A stretch of DNA of 22,687 bases from Candidatus Latescibacterota bacterium (GCA_038279365.1 JAYODI010000091.1:1-22687); one strand, 5' to 3'; positions 8,731 through 16,522 are shown, numbered from the stretch's first letter. Numbers and translations are program-made. Notes: generated from the letters alone by a model not told the origin.

Positions 8731-10737
8731 TCAATATAAAGAGACCAAATCGTGTACTTGTTTTTCTAAGCGCATGAGTGCCTGCACGTAAATTTCTGCC
8801 CAATGTTGAAAACCAGATTCATTTTGTTGCTCTATTTCCCACCGCAAACCGGGTAACATCCAGGGTGCATAGCCTTCAAATGGGTCTTCGGCACCAAATA
8901 AGGAACGGCTCCACGGACGTTCTTGTAAACCGTTTGCATGTAACCAAGCACGTTCGAGACCGATGAGTTGTTGGTTGATTTGTTGTAACACTTGAGGGTT
9001 GTCAATGGGTGTGTTGCGTTGGGCTTCATATTGTTTGCTGATGGTGGCTAATTTTTGAATGTGGGTATCAAATATGGTTTTATCAAAAGAGAACCCTATT
9101 GTTTGTGCACGTTGCGACAGGGCATTAAAATGTTTTTCAAAGTCTGTGGCATAGGGGGTGATGGCATAGGGAATAACATCGGCATTAGCAAGGCGCAATG
9201 CAATGATGCCATTGATGGTGGCCATTGTGGGGCCTGATATGAATTGGGGATCGGCAAATTTTTCGTACCACGAAAGGGAGTCGTAAACCGAATGATACAC
9301 GGGCACACCACTGGACATGGCCAAAGCGGCAGAGGGAATTCCTGCGTGAACATAAAATGGCAAGTGGTCGGAGCCACCTCCTAAGTTGCCAAATTGTTCT
9401 TGACCTGCTTTTGTGATGCGTTCTGTCCAGACATCGTATAGGGTTTGGTCGGTTGTTGGGTTTGCCACAGATTGTGTTGCTTCTGTAATGATGCCTTTGA
9501 GTGAGGGCGATGCCGCGGCTCCAAAAGCCAAACCTGTTGCGGCCATATCGGCATTGATATAAGCCACGGCTTTGGTGGATAATTCGGCATTGAAGTGTTC
9601 CACCCATTCTGTGGAACCCATAATGCCAAATTCTTCGGCGTCCCAGTGTGCTATGCGAATGCTGCGTTTGGGGTGGTGACCTGCTTCTTTTAGTTTACCC
9701 AACGCTTCAGAAAGGGTCAACAACATGGCCGTTCCACTGTTGGGATCGGCGGTACCAAAGGCCCAGGCATCGTAGTGACAGCCTAAGATGATCCATTCGT
9801 CGGGTTTTTCACTGCCCCAGAGTGTGCCAATGACGTTGGTTGCACGGGTTTGTTCAAACGTTTGACGCACACAAACCCGCACCGTGAGTTGTGAACCGCC
9901 CGTGATGCGGTATGTAAATGGCAACCCGCCTTGCCAAGCATAAGGCACAGTTTGCCCCGTCATACGTTTGAGAATTTCGATGGCAGAACCATAGGGGAGG
10001 GGAGCCACAGGAATTTTGGGCAATGCGACATCGGAAGGGTCTAAACGCGGTGTTTCGGGCAATGCTGGCTGGTTTGGGGTGAGTGGATCACCCGGATAAG
10101 GCAATGTGAGGAGGGAACCGCGTTGAATGGCACTGTCGTTGGCAAAACGCCCTTCGGGATAGGTGGCACCTTTTGCATACCCCATGTCGGCGGGGTCGGT
10201 GTACATGAGAACGGCGGCGGCACCCATTTCTTGGGCATATTTGACTTTGAAACCTCTAAAATTGAATCCATAACGGGCTAAGACAATTTTGCCTTTTATG
10301 GAAATGTTCATATCGCGCAATTTTTCAAAATCTTCTTTTCGGCCATAATTGGCATAAACAACTTCTGCGGTCACATCTCCGGAGCCTGAAAATGCCACCC
10401 AACCCGGTGTGAGGTCTGGGTGGGCGGAGTAGGGATCGTCTTTGAGGATGTTTTCTTGGTTGTTTAAGGGGATGCGTGTGGGCGTGACCAACGCGACAAA
10501 GGGTGGGGTGTCATTTTTGGGGCTGTAAACATTGTAATCATAGGTGTCTACGGCCAAGCCCGCTTGGTGCATGACCTCGGCGAGATAGTCACCCACTTGT
10601 CGATTGGCGATTGATCCAAAGGGGTGTGGTACTTTGGTGATGTGTGTTAAATGTTCACGAAAACGTTCTGATGTGGGCCATTTTTTTAATTGGGCTTCTA
10701 AGGCCGTTTGTTCTTGGTAAGTGTGAAAGCCGATCAA
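8731..10737 (-). CDS. M28 peptidase, glutamate carboxypeptidase II / transferrin-receptor-like (PA + M28 + dimerisation domain)
   Basis: YANYGRKEDF, FRGFKV, IQRGS (PA domain); HYDAW, ADPNSGT, WDAEEFG, GGGSDH, YHS (metal and catalytic motifs). TTG start 8 nt after AGGAGG (10751-10746). Confidence 0.92.
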   Translation of the reverse strand: MIGFHTYQEQTALEAQLKKWPTSERFREHLTHITKVPHPFGSIANRQVGDYLAEVMHQAGLAVDTYDYNVYSPKNDTPPFVALVTPTRIPLNNQENILKDDPYSAHPDLTPGWVAFSGSGDVTAEVVYANYGRKEDFEKLRDMNISIKGKIVLARYGFNFRGFKVKYAQEMGAAAVLMYTDPADMGYAKGATYPEGRFANDSAIQRGSLLTLPYPGDPLTPNQPALPETPRLDPSDVALPKIPVAPLPYGSAIEILKRMTGQTVPYAWQGGLPFTYRITGGSQLTVRVCVRQTFEQTRATNVIGTLWGSEKPDEWIILGCHYDAWAFGTADPNSGTAMLLTLSEALGKLKEAGHHPKRSIRIAHWDAEEFGIMGSTEWVEHFNAELSTKAVAYINADMAATGLAFGAAASPSLKGIITEATQSVANPTTDQTLYDVWTERITKAGQEQFGNLGGGSDHLPFYVHAGIPSAALAMSSGVPVYHSVYDSLSWYEKFADPQFISGPTMATINGIIALRLANADVIPYAITPYATDFEKHFNALSQRAQTIGFSFDKTIFDTHIQKLATISKQYEAQRNTPIDNPQVLQQINQQLIGLERAWLHANGLQERPWSRSLFGAEDPFEGYAPWMLPGLRWEIEQQNESGFQHWAEIYVQALMRLEKQVHDLVSLY

Positions 10738-10761
10738 AACAGAATCCTCCTGTGCGCATGA

Positions 10762-10779
10762 TGCCTCATTTTTGAGACA
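10762..10779. promoter_or_regulatory. Palindrome, candidate enhancer-binding-protein site
   Basis: TGCCTCA-TTTT-TGAGACA (6/7 symmetric), about 130-145 bp upstream of the sigma54 motif and separated from it by a very AT-rich tract. Confidence 0.4.
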
Positions 10780-10906
10780 GATGCGTCGCGCTGTGTGTTG
10801 AAATGGATGACAGTATAAAAAAAAACGAAATAATATTTATATATAAATGTTTGTTTTATATTGAATTGTGAAAATTTTAAATCTTTTTTGTTGAGATGTG
10901 ATGGCA

Positions 10907-10922
10907 TGGTACACCCCTTGCA
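10907..10922 (+). promoter_or_regulatory. Sigma54 (-24/-12) promoter
   Basis: TGGTACACCCCTTGCA vs consensus TGGCACR-N4-TTGCW; exact GG-N10-GC spacing (GG 10908-10909, GC 10920-10921). Predicts +1 near 10931-10933. Confidence 0.7.
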
Positions 10923-10931
10923 ATATATCAG

Positions 10932-11372
10932 GGTGTCACACAACAAACTGCTTACGTTGCATCGGTGGCTTACACACAGTCAGCGCAATATCTGACTCGG
11001 CACACAATATGCCAACCAAAATGCCAGGATGACGAAGCAGACGCAAGGGTTTTTAATCTTACGTATTTGTTTTCAGATAAAGCGAGGGCACCATGTTATT
11101 CGCTTGCTGAATGAGCCGACCGAGATTTTTTCGGAGGCGACAGTGTATCGTTCGTAAAACGGACCAACGGTTGCATCTTTTGCACACATTGTCAGCACAG
11201 TTACTGACACGGCTCTAAAGCCCCTATCCAAACGCGAAGGTGACCGATGTCGTAGACGAACACGATGAAGCCGGGGTAGAGATAGAAAATAGATCGCTTG
11301 GAGGTTTTTATGCCACCTGCATGTAAATAGCGACCGCGTGCGTTTCGAGGCACACGCGGTCGCTTTCTTTTT
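10932..11372 (+). ncRNA. Candidate large structured non-coding RNA (~440 nt), family not recognised
   Basis: Bounded by a sigma54 promoter and a terminator; no + strand ORF of 60 aa or more; many nested complementary segments, e.g. 10948-10963/11028-11040, 10978-10983/10992-10997, 11080-11086/11099-11105, 11113-11118/11210-11215, 11139-11146/11186-11193. Confidence 0.65.
11329..11372 (+). terminator. Strong intrinsic terminator
   Basis: Perfect 12-bp GC-rich stem AGCGACCGCGTG / CACGCGGTCGCT followed by TTCTTTTT. No T tract on the opposite strand, so it is oriented for a + strand transcript. Confidence 0.88.
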
Positions 11373-11433
11373 GTGTCTTTTTCATTGTGTTGTATCTTGT
11401 CATTTGAGCACCATTTTAAAATGGGCTCTTTTT

Positions 11434-11461
11434 TTGTCAATTGGCAAATTTTAGGTATCTT
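11434..11461 (+). promoter_or_regulatory. Putative sigma70 promoter for the queD-like gene
   Basis: TTGTCA-N16-TATCTT, about 65 nt upstream of the ATG at 11526. Confidence 0.45.
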
Positions 11462-11525
11462 GAATGAGGTTATGACGCATCAATGATTTTGTAGAGCAAC
11501 GTTTTTCCAAATAGGAGAAAAACAC

Positions 11526-11981
11526 ATGGGTGTCTATTATTCGACCAAGCGCATTGGGCCTATTAGCACAGGGCACCGCCAATGGCGAGATATGGGCCAT
11601 TGTTCATTTGTTCATGGATATGGACGGTATGTGCAATTGGTATTTGCGTGTACCGCTTTGGATGATAAAATGTGGGTGGTCGATTTTGGCGGTCTAAAAG
11701 ACATCCGAAAGTGGTTGGAGGACCAATGGGACCATCGCCTTCTGATTGCTTCTGATGATCCTTTGTTGGAGACATTTCAAGATCTTCACAACAAAGGTGG
11801 CATTGATTTGCATGTGATGGATGTGACAAAAGGTTGGGGGCCAGGTATTGAAGCGTCCTGCAAGTTTGTGTATGACTATGTTGACCCACTCATTCGCGCA
11901 CAAAGTGACAATCGATGTTGGGTTAAACGCGTTGAAATTTGGGAGCATGAGAACAATTCTGCGATCTATGAGGTTGAATAA
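11526..11981 (+). CDS. queD: 6-carboxy-5,6,7,8-tetrahydropterin synthase / PTPS family (QueD-like)
   Basis: GHRQ, CSFVHGY (CxxxHG), VVDFGGLK, WDH and terminal WEHENNSA motifs of T-fold PTPS/QueD; AGGAG RBS at 11513-11517. Confidence 0.85.
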   Translation: MGVYYSTKRIGPISTGHRQWRDMGHCSFVHGYGRYVQLVFACTALDDKMWVVDFGGLKDIRKWLEDQWDHRLLIASDDPLLETFQDLHNKGGIDLHVMDVTKGWGPGIEASCKFVYDYVDPLIRAQSDNRCWVKRVEIWEHENNSAIYEVE

Positions 11982-12014
11982 GACCCCCCAACTATAATGA
12001 AAAATCTGTTTCAT

Positions 12015-12054
12015 GCGAAGGTGCGAATAAGCGAATAAACGAATAAACGAAGGG
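12015..12054. repeat. Tandem octamer repeat, 5 units of RCGAANNN
   Basis: GCGAAGGT GCGAATAA GCGAATAA ACGAATAA ACGAAGGG. Confidence 0.8.
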
Positions 12055-12167
12055 TTAAGAGATCATTTATTGAGATTCGTGTCAGAAATCTCATTTTGTT
12101 GGGGCACTCCGTTTGGTGGTATTGCTTGTCATCAAATATACAAGCATAACTCTTTTGGTCAGACGTT

Positions 12168-13118
12168 TTAATACCCTCTCACTTTGTCGACCACGTTGCG
12201 AACGGGTTCACCTTTTAAATAGCGTTCTAAATTGGCAACAAAAAACTCAAATAAACGACGTGCACGGTGTTGTGAGGCACCTGCGCGATGCGGTGTGAGC
12301 AAAAGGTTGGGCGCATCCCAGAGGGGACTGTTTTCTGGCAAGGGTTCTGTTTCGCACACGTCTAAGGCAGCCCCTGCTATTTCACCACTTTTAAGCGCGT
12401 CTACCAACGCATCTTCATCAACAATACCACCACGTGTGACATTGATCAAAAATGCGGAAGATTTCATTTTTTTAAATTCTTCTGCACCAAAGAGATGGTG
12501 GGTTTCTTTGGTGTATGGGCACGCTGTCATGATGGCATCACACCGTTTGAGCAAGTCGTCTAAATTTTCTTTGTTTGCCGGTTTTAATTCTGCAACGCCT
12601 TCAGGTTTTTCTGTGCGTACGGTATCTAATGCCAAAACGGTCATGTCGTAACCTTGTGCCCGTTTTAACATTTCCATTCCAAAACCACCCAGTCCAATAA
12701 GCCCCAACGTTCCTCCCGAAACTTCTACAACATTGACCCCTCCCCAACGTTTTTCTTTCATGCGTTCCAAACCTGGGCGAATACCTCTTGCTAAGGCGAG
12801 TAACATGGCCCAGGCATGTTCGCCACCTTGTGGGGCATGCAAACCTGCGGCATTTGAAATTTTGACATCGCGTTCAATAATTTCGGGAAATAAGAAGTGG
12901 TCCATGCCTGCGCTGAAAGATTGAATCCACTTGAGGTTGGGGGCGGCTGCACATACGGGAGGTTTGAAAAAGCCAATCAGGACTTCAACATCGCTGGCCA
13001 ATGCAACGGCTTCATCGTCGTCGGTTGTGAAAAGGATTTCGCTGTTGTATTTTGCTGCAACGGTTTGAAAGGTTTGGACTTGGTTTTCATCAAACGGGTA
13101 ATGAAGCAATATTTTCAT
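12168..13118 (-). CDS. D-2-hydroxyacid dehydrogenase family protein
   Basis: WIQSFSAGMD, GLIGLGGFG Rossmann motif, INVTRGGIVDE, LDVCETEPLP, TPH. Start moved from 13166 to the ATG at 13118 (MKILLH) because AGAGGGAG precedes it. Confidence 0.92.
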   Translation of the reverse strand: MKILLHYPFDENQVQTFQTVAAKYNSEILFTTDDDEAVALASDVEVLIGFFKPPVCAAAPNLKWIQSFSAGMDHFLFPEIIERDVKISNAAGLHAPQGGEHAWAMLLALARGIRPGLERMKEKRWGGVNVVEVSGGTLGLIGLGGFGMEMLKRAQGYDMTVLALDTVRTEKPEGVAELKPANKENLDDLLKRCDAIMTACPYTKETHHLFGAEEFKKMKSSAFLINVTRGGIVDEDALVDALKSGEIAGAALDVCETEPLPENSPLWDAPNLLLTPHRAGASQHRARRLFEFFVANLERYLKGEPVRNVVDKVRGY

Positions 13119-13227
13119 TTTGCGCTCCCTCTTTTGGGTCTGTTGGCCAAGTGGTGAACGGTTCAATATAGTGGCCGACTGTTAAATGTGAAATGAGAAA
13201 CGCAAGGGCCTCATCATATAATAAAAA

Positions 13228-13256
13228 CTGACATATCAAACTTTTTGTTATATCAT
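13228..13256 (+). promoter_or_regulatory. Putative sigma70 promoter for the GNAT-led operon
   Basis: CTGACA-N17-TATCAT in the AT-rich divergent intergenic region. Confidence 0.45.
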
Positions 13257-13295
13257 GGCACTTTAAATTTTACATTCTGCGTTTGAGGCATTAAG

Positions 13296-13877
13296 ATGTT
13301 TAAGATAGAGCACATACCCCCTCAAGATTTGACACGGTATGCCACTGTTCCTATGCGGTTGGATGTGCAATCTGTGTTTCAGGTTGTGCCCATAGATGAC
13401 GGTTTGGGTGGGTTGGCTTTGAAAGAAGAGAAGCTCGCCAAACCGTATGTGAAGGATTATGATGCCGATGTTGGCAATGCACCACCTTTGTGGGCTGGGC
13501 AATTTGATTTGCAAAATTGGGGTATTTTTTTAGGCGTGGCGGATGATCGCCCCGTGGCGGGTATGGCAATTGCCTGTCGGATGTCGGGTAGTGATTTGTG
13601 TGAGGGGCGAGAGGATTTGGCGGTTTTGTGGGATATGCGTGTGCATCCCAATTATAAAAAAAGAGGTTTGGGCACACAGGTGTTTCAACATGGTGTGTTG
13701 TGGGCGCGTGAGCAGGGATGTAAACAATTGAAGATTGAGACACAGAATATCAATGTGCCCGCGTGTCATTTTTATGCCAAGCAGGGTTGCCATTTGGGAT
13801 CTGTTCATCAATATGCCTATTCTGCAACGCCTCAGGTGCAACATGAAGCCATGTTACTTTGGTACCTCGATTTATGA
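13296..13877 (+). CDS. GNAT N-acetyltransferase (streptothricin-acetyltransferase-like C-terminus)
   Basis: Acetyl-CoA motif VHPNYKKRGLG; KIETQNINVPACHFY; terminal LWYLDL; GAGG RBS. Confidence 0.85.
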   Translation: MFKIEHIPPQDLTRYATVPMRLDVQSVFQVVPIDDGLGGLALKEEKLAKPYVKDYDADVGNAPPLWAGQFDLQNWGIFLGVADDRPVAGMAIACRMSGSDLCEGREDLAVLWDMRVHPNYKKRGLGTQVFQHGVLWAREQGCKQLKIETQNINVPACHFYAKQGCHLGSVHQYAYSATPQVQHEAMLLWYLDL

Positions 13878-15193
13878 ATTTGTTCTTAAAAATTGTTATT
13901 TGTCTGTTCCTTTTTATTCAAGTGACGGAAGGCCGTGTGATGTCTAAACCGCGTGTGATTGTGACAACCGATGGTGAAGGTGATGATCGGTGTTCGATGA
14001 ATCGTTTTTTGCTTTATGCCTATCAATGGAAAATTGAAGGATTGATTTATTCCAGTTCGAAGCACCATTGGAAAGGGCGGGGAGAAATTGAGGGGTTTAA
14101 GTGGCACAATGAAACGTGGATTGAAGATCAGGTGAATGCTTATGCCAAAGTGTATGACAATCTGATTCAACACGCGCCCGATTATCCTAAACCTGATGAT
14201 TTGAGGCAGCAGATTTTTGTGGGCAATATTGATTTGGAAGGGGATATGGATGCACCCACCCCGGGTTCGGATCATATTGTTCGGGTGCTGTTGGACGATG
14301 ACCCTGAACCTGTTTGGATGCAAGCTTGGGGTGGGGCCAATACGATTGCGCGGGCTTTAAAAACGATAGAAGAAAACCATCCTGACCAAATGGCGTACGT
14401 GTCTCAAAAGGCCAAGATTTTTTTGATTTCGGAACAAGATGACACATTTAAAAACTATATTGCAAAACAGTGGCCCGATGTTGAGACATTGCAAAGCAGT
14501 AAGACGTTTATTGCGATTGCCTATCGTTGGAACGAGATTATGTCATCTGAAGTACAGGCTTATTTTAGCCCTACTTGGTTAAGAGAAAATATTTTGGAAA
14601 ATCACGGGCCATTGTGCGCGATGTATGAACCTCGGTCTGATGGTACGTTTCGGTCGGAAGGTGATTCGCCTGCGTTTTTGCATATGATTGATGTGGGGTT
14701 GCGCACTTTGGAACATCCTACATTTGGTGGATGGGGTGGGCGGTTTGAACGGCGGTCTGATCGGTGGCGGTCTGCACCTGATGATGATGATATTTATAAG
14801 CCGATTTTGCGCTGGGCGATTGCGTTTCAAAATGATTGGGCGGTTAAAGCCGATTGGTGTGTGAAGTCGGTAGATGAGGTGAATCGTGCGCCTGTTGTGG
14901 TGATGGATCATGCGTTGGATTTGGTGGCCAAAGCGGGTGAGCAGGTTCGGCTTGATGCATCCAAAACGGAAGATGTGGACGCACTTTCATTTAAGTGGTG
15001 GCAATACAAGGAGCCTGGAACGTATGTGGGAGATGTTGAGATTGAACATGCTGAATCGTCACAGGCTGTGTTGACCATGCCTATGGATGGAAAAGCGGGA
15101 CAGACGGTTCATGTGATTTGTGAGGTGACGGATAATGGGATGCCTGCTTTGACGCGATATCAGCGTGTGATTGTTACTTTTTCTGAAGAATAA
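13874..15193 (+). CDS. DUF1593 nucleoside-hydrolase-like domain protein with C-terminal Ig-like domain
   Basis: PRVIVTTD..DD..SMNRFLLY, QAWGGANT, SEGDSPAF, GGWGGRF, FQNDW, VTDNG.PALTRYQRV. The ATG at 13874 overlaps the GNAT stop (ATGA) and gives a signal-peptide-like N-terminus. An alternative start at 13940 follows GGAAGG. Confidence 0.85.
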   Translation: MNLFLKIVICLFLFIQVTEGRVMSKPRVIVTTDGEGDDRCSMNRFLLYAYQWKIEGLIYSSSKHHWKGRGEIEGFKWHNETWIEDQVNAYAKVYDNLIQHAPDYPKPDDLRQQIFVGNIDLEGDMDAPTPGSDHIVRVLLDDDPEPVWMQAWGGANTIARALKTIEENHPDQMAYVSQKAKIFLISEQDDTFKNYIAKQWPDVETLQSSKTFIAIAYRWNEIMSSEVQAYFSPTWLRENILENHGPLCAMYEPRSDGTFRSEGDSPAFLHMIDVGLRTLEHPTFGGWGGRFERRSDRWRSAPDDDDIYKPILRWAIAFQNDWAVKADWCVKSVDEVNRAPVVVMDHALDLVAKAGEQVRLDASKTEDVDALSFKWWQYKEPGTYVGDVEIEHAESSQAVLTMPMDGKAGQTVHVICEVTDNGMPALTRYQRVIVTFSEE

Positions 15194-15220
15194 GTTTCTT
15201 CTTTTTGATAAGGAAATGAT

Positions 15221-16495
15221 ATGTTCCCTCAAAGTTGTGATACAATGGTTGCACTTGGTGAAGCGACAGCGCATGGACAAACCATTTTTGCTAAAAACAG
15301 TGATCGTCCAGGAAAAGAGTGTCAGCCTTTGGAATTGCATGGGCGTGAGACACATGCCGTGGGTGCACAAACGCAATGCCAATTTGTGACGTTGCCCGAA
15401 GTTGAGGTGACCTATCGGCACGTGGGGTCGCGTCCTATTTGGTGTTGGGGGTATGAGCATGGGTTTAATGAACATCAGGTGGTGATTGGCAATGAAGCGG
15501 TGCATTCACATTTGCCTGTTTCTACAACACCCAAGTTGATTGGGATGGAGATTTTGCGTTTGGGGCTTGAACGAGGGAAAACGGCTGTTGAAGCTGTGGA
15601 TGTGATGACAAGTTTGGTGTCTCAATATGGCCAAGGTAAATTTGAGAATGATGCGGGGGTGCGCACGTATGACAACAGTTATATTGTGGCCGACCCATAT
15701 GAGGCGTATGTGATTGAGACGGCAGGGCATGATTGGGTGGTCAAAAAAGTGGCGGGTGCGTTGGGTATTAGCAATGTGTATTCTGTGGAGACCGATTGGG
15801 TGAAGGCTTCATCTGAGGGATCTGGTGATGGTCGGCTGAATTTTGCAGATGCTTTTACCAAAGATTCTCGCACAGAAGGCAGTGGTGCCATTCGTCGTGC
15901 GCGGTCTTGTGCGGTGCTTTCTCATTTGGCAGGGCAAATTGATGTGCAGACGATGATGCATTTGCTGAGTGACCATGGTTCTGACAAGGCGGATGTGAAT
16001 GTTTTTCAAACCGATCTCAAACAAGGTGGCATCTGTGTGCATTGTAATGAAGATGGCACGGGTGGCAATACGGCGGCCAGTTTGGTTGCCGATTTGTGTG
16101 CCGATGGATCTCGGTTGCCGGTGTATTGGTGTGGTTTTTATTCGCCGTGTTTGGCTTTGTTTTTACCCACGTTTATTGAGGGGCAATTGCCATCTGTGTT
16201 GGGCGTGGGATCGGAGACGCATGATGATAAGAGCCCGTGGTGGTTGTTTCATAAACTGAGCCGTGTTGTGCGCGAGAAACCAGAGGAACGGATTGCATTG
16301 GTGCGCAACAAGTGGTGCGAGATGCAGGGTGAGCTGTTTAAAACGGCGTATGCAATGGCGGAAGAAGGGCGTCACTTGATGGATGGTGGATCGGAAGACA
16401 AAGCTTCGAAATTGCTTACGGATTATATGAATCAAAATACGCGGGGCATGTTGGATGTTGTTGGTGCGTTGCTTGATGGTTTTGAAAAAGAATAG
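15221..16495 (+). CDS. Peptidase C69 / secernin-like Ntn hydrolase
   Basis: N-terminal SCDTMVALG (Cys nucleophile), FAKNSDRP, GYEHGFNEHQVVIGNEAV, LRLGLERGKTA, NSYIVAD. Confidence 0.88.
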   Translation: MFPQSCDTMVALGEATAHGQTIFAKNSDRPGKECQPLELHGRETHAVGAQTQCQFVTLPEVEVTYRHVGSRPIWCWGYEHGFNEHQVVIGNEAVHSHLPVSTTPKLIGMEILRLGLERGKTAVEAVDVMTSLVSQYGQGKFENDAGVRTYDNSYIVADPYEAYVIETAGHDWVVKKVAGALGISNVYSVETDWVKASSEGSGDGRLNFADAFTKDSRTEGSGAIRRARSCAVLSHLAGQIDVQTMMHLLSDHGSDKADVNVFQTDLKQGGICVHCNEDGTGGNTAASLVADLCADGSRLPVYWCGFYSPCLALFLPTFIEGQLPSVLGVGSETHDDKSPWWLFHKLSRVVREKPEERIALVRNKWCEMQGELFKTAYAMAEEGRHLMDGGSEDKASKLLTDYMNQNTRGMLDVVGALLDGFEKE

Positions 16496-16522
16496 AGAAA
16501 GCGAGATTCAAAAAATAAGATT

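Noticed and set aside
10911-10936. ACACCC/GGGTGT hairpin with another CAATAT
   Set aside because: Overlaps the sigma54 -12 element upstream of the predicted +1, so probably not transcribed intact.
10734-10946. 70-aa minus-strand ORF upstream of the peptidase
   Set aside because: Runs through the AT-rich promoter region; no RBS or domain.
11029-11157. 42-aa + strand ORF MTKQTQGFLILRICFQ... as a type I toxin
   Set aside because: No correctly spaced SD and no full hydrophobic helix. Not excluded, but unsupported.
10932-11372. Identification as tmRNA, RNase P, SRP, 6S or a known riboswitch
   Set aside because: No tRNA-like ends or tag frame, no GAGGAAAGUCC, no single long rod, and no recognisable preQ1, cobalamin or c-di-GMP consensus on either strand.
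11201-11440. 79-aa minus-strand ORF over the candidate RNA and terminator
   Set aside because: No RBS or recognisable domain. Its basic stretch is simply the reverse of the terminator and T tracts.
12015-12054. CRISPR array
   Set aside because: Units are 8 bp with no spacers, and there are no cas genes.
13119-13166. 16-aa N-terminal extension of the dehydrogenase
   Set aside because: A strong RBS sits directly before the ATG at 13118.
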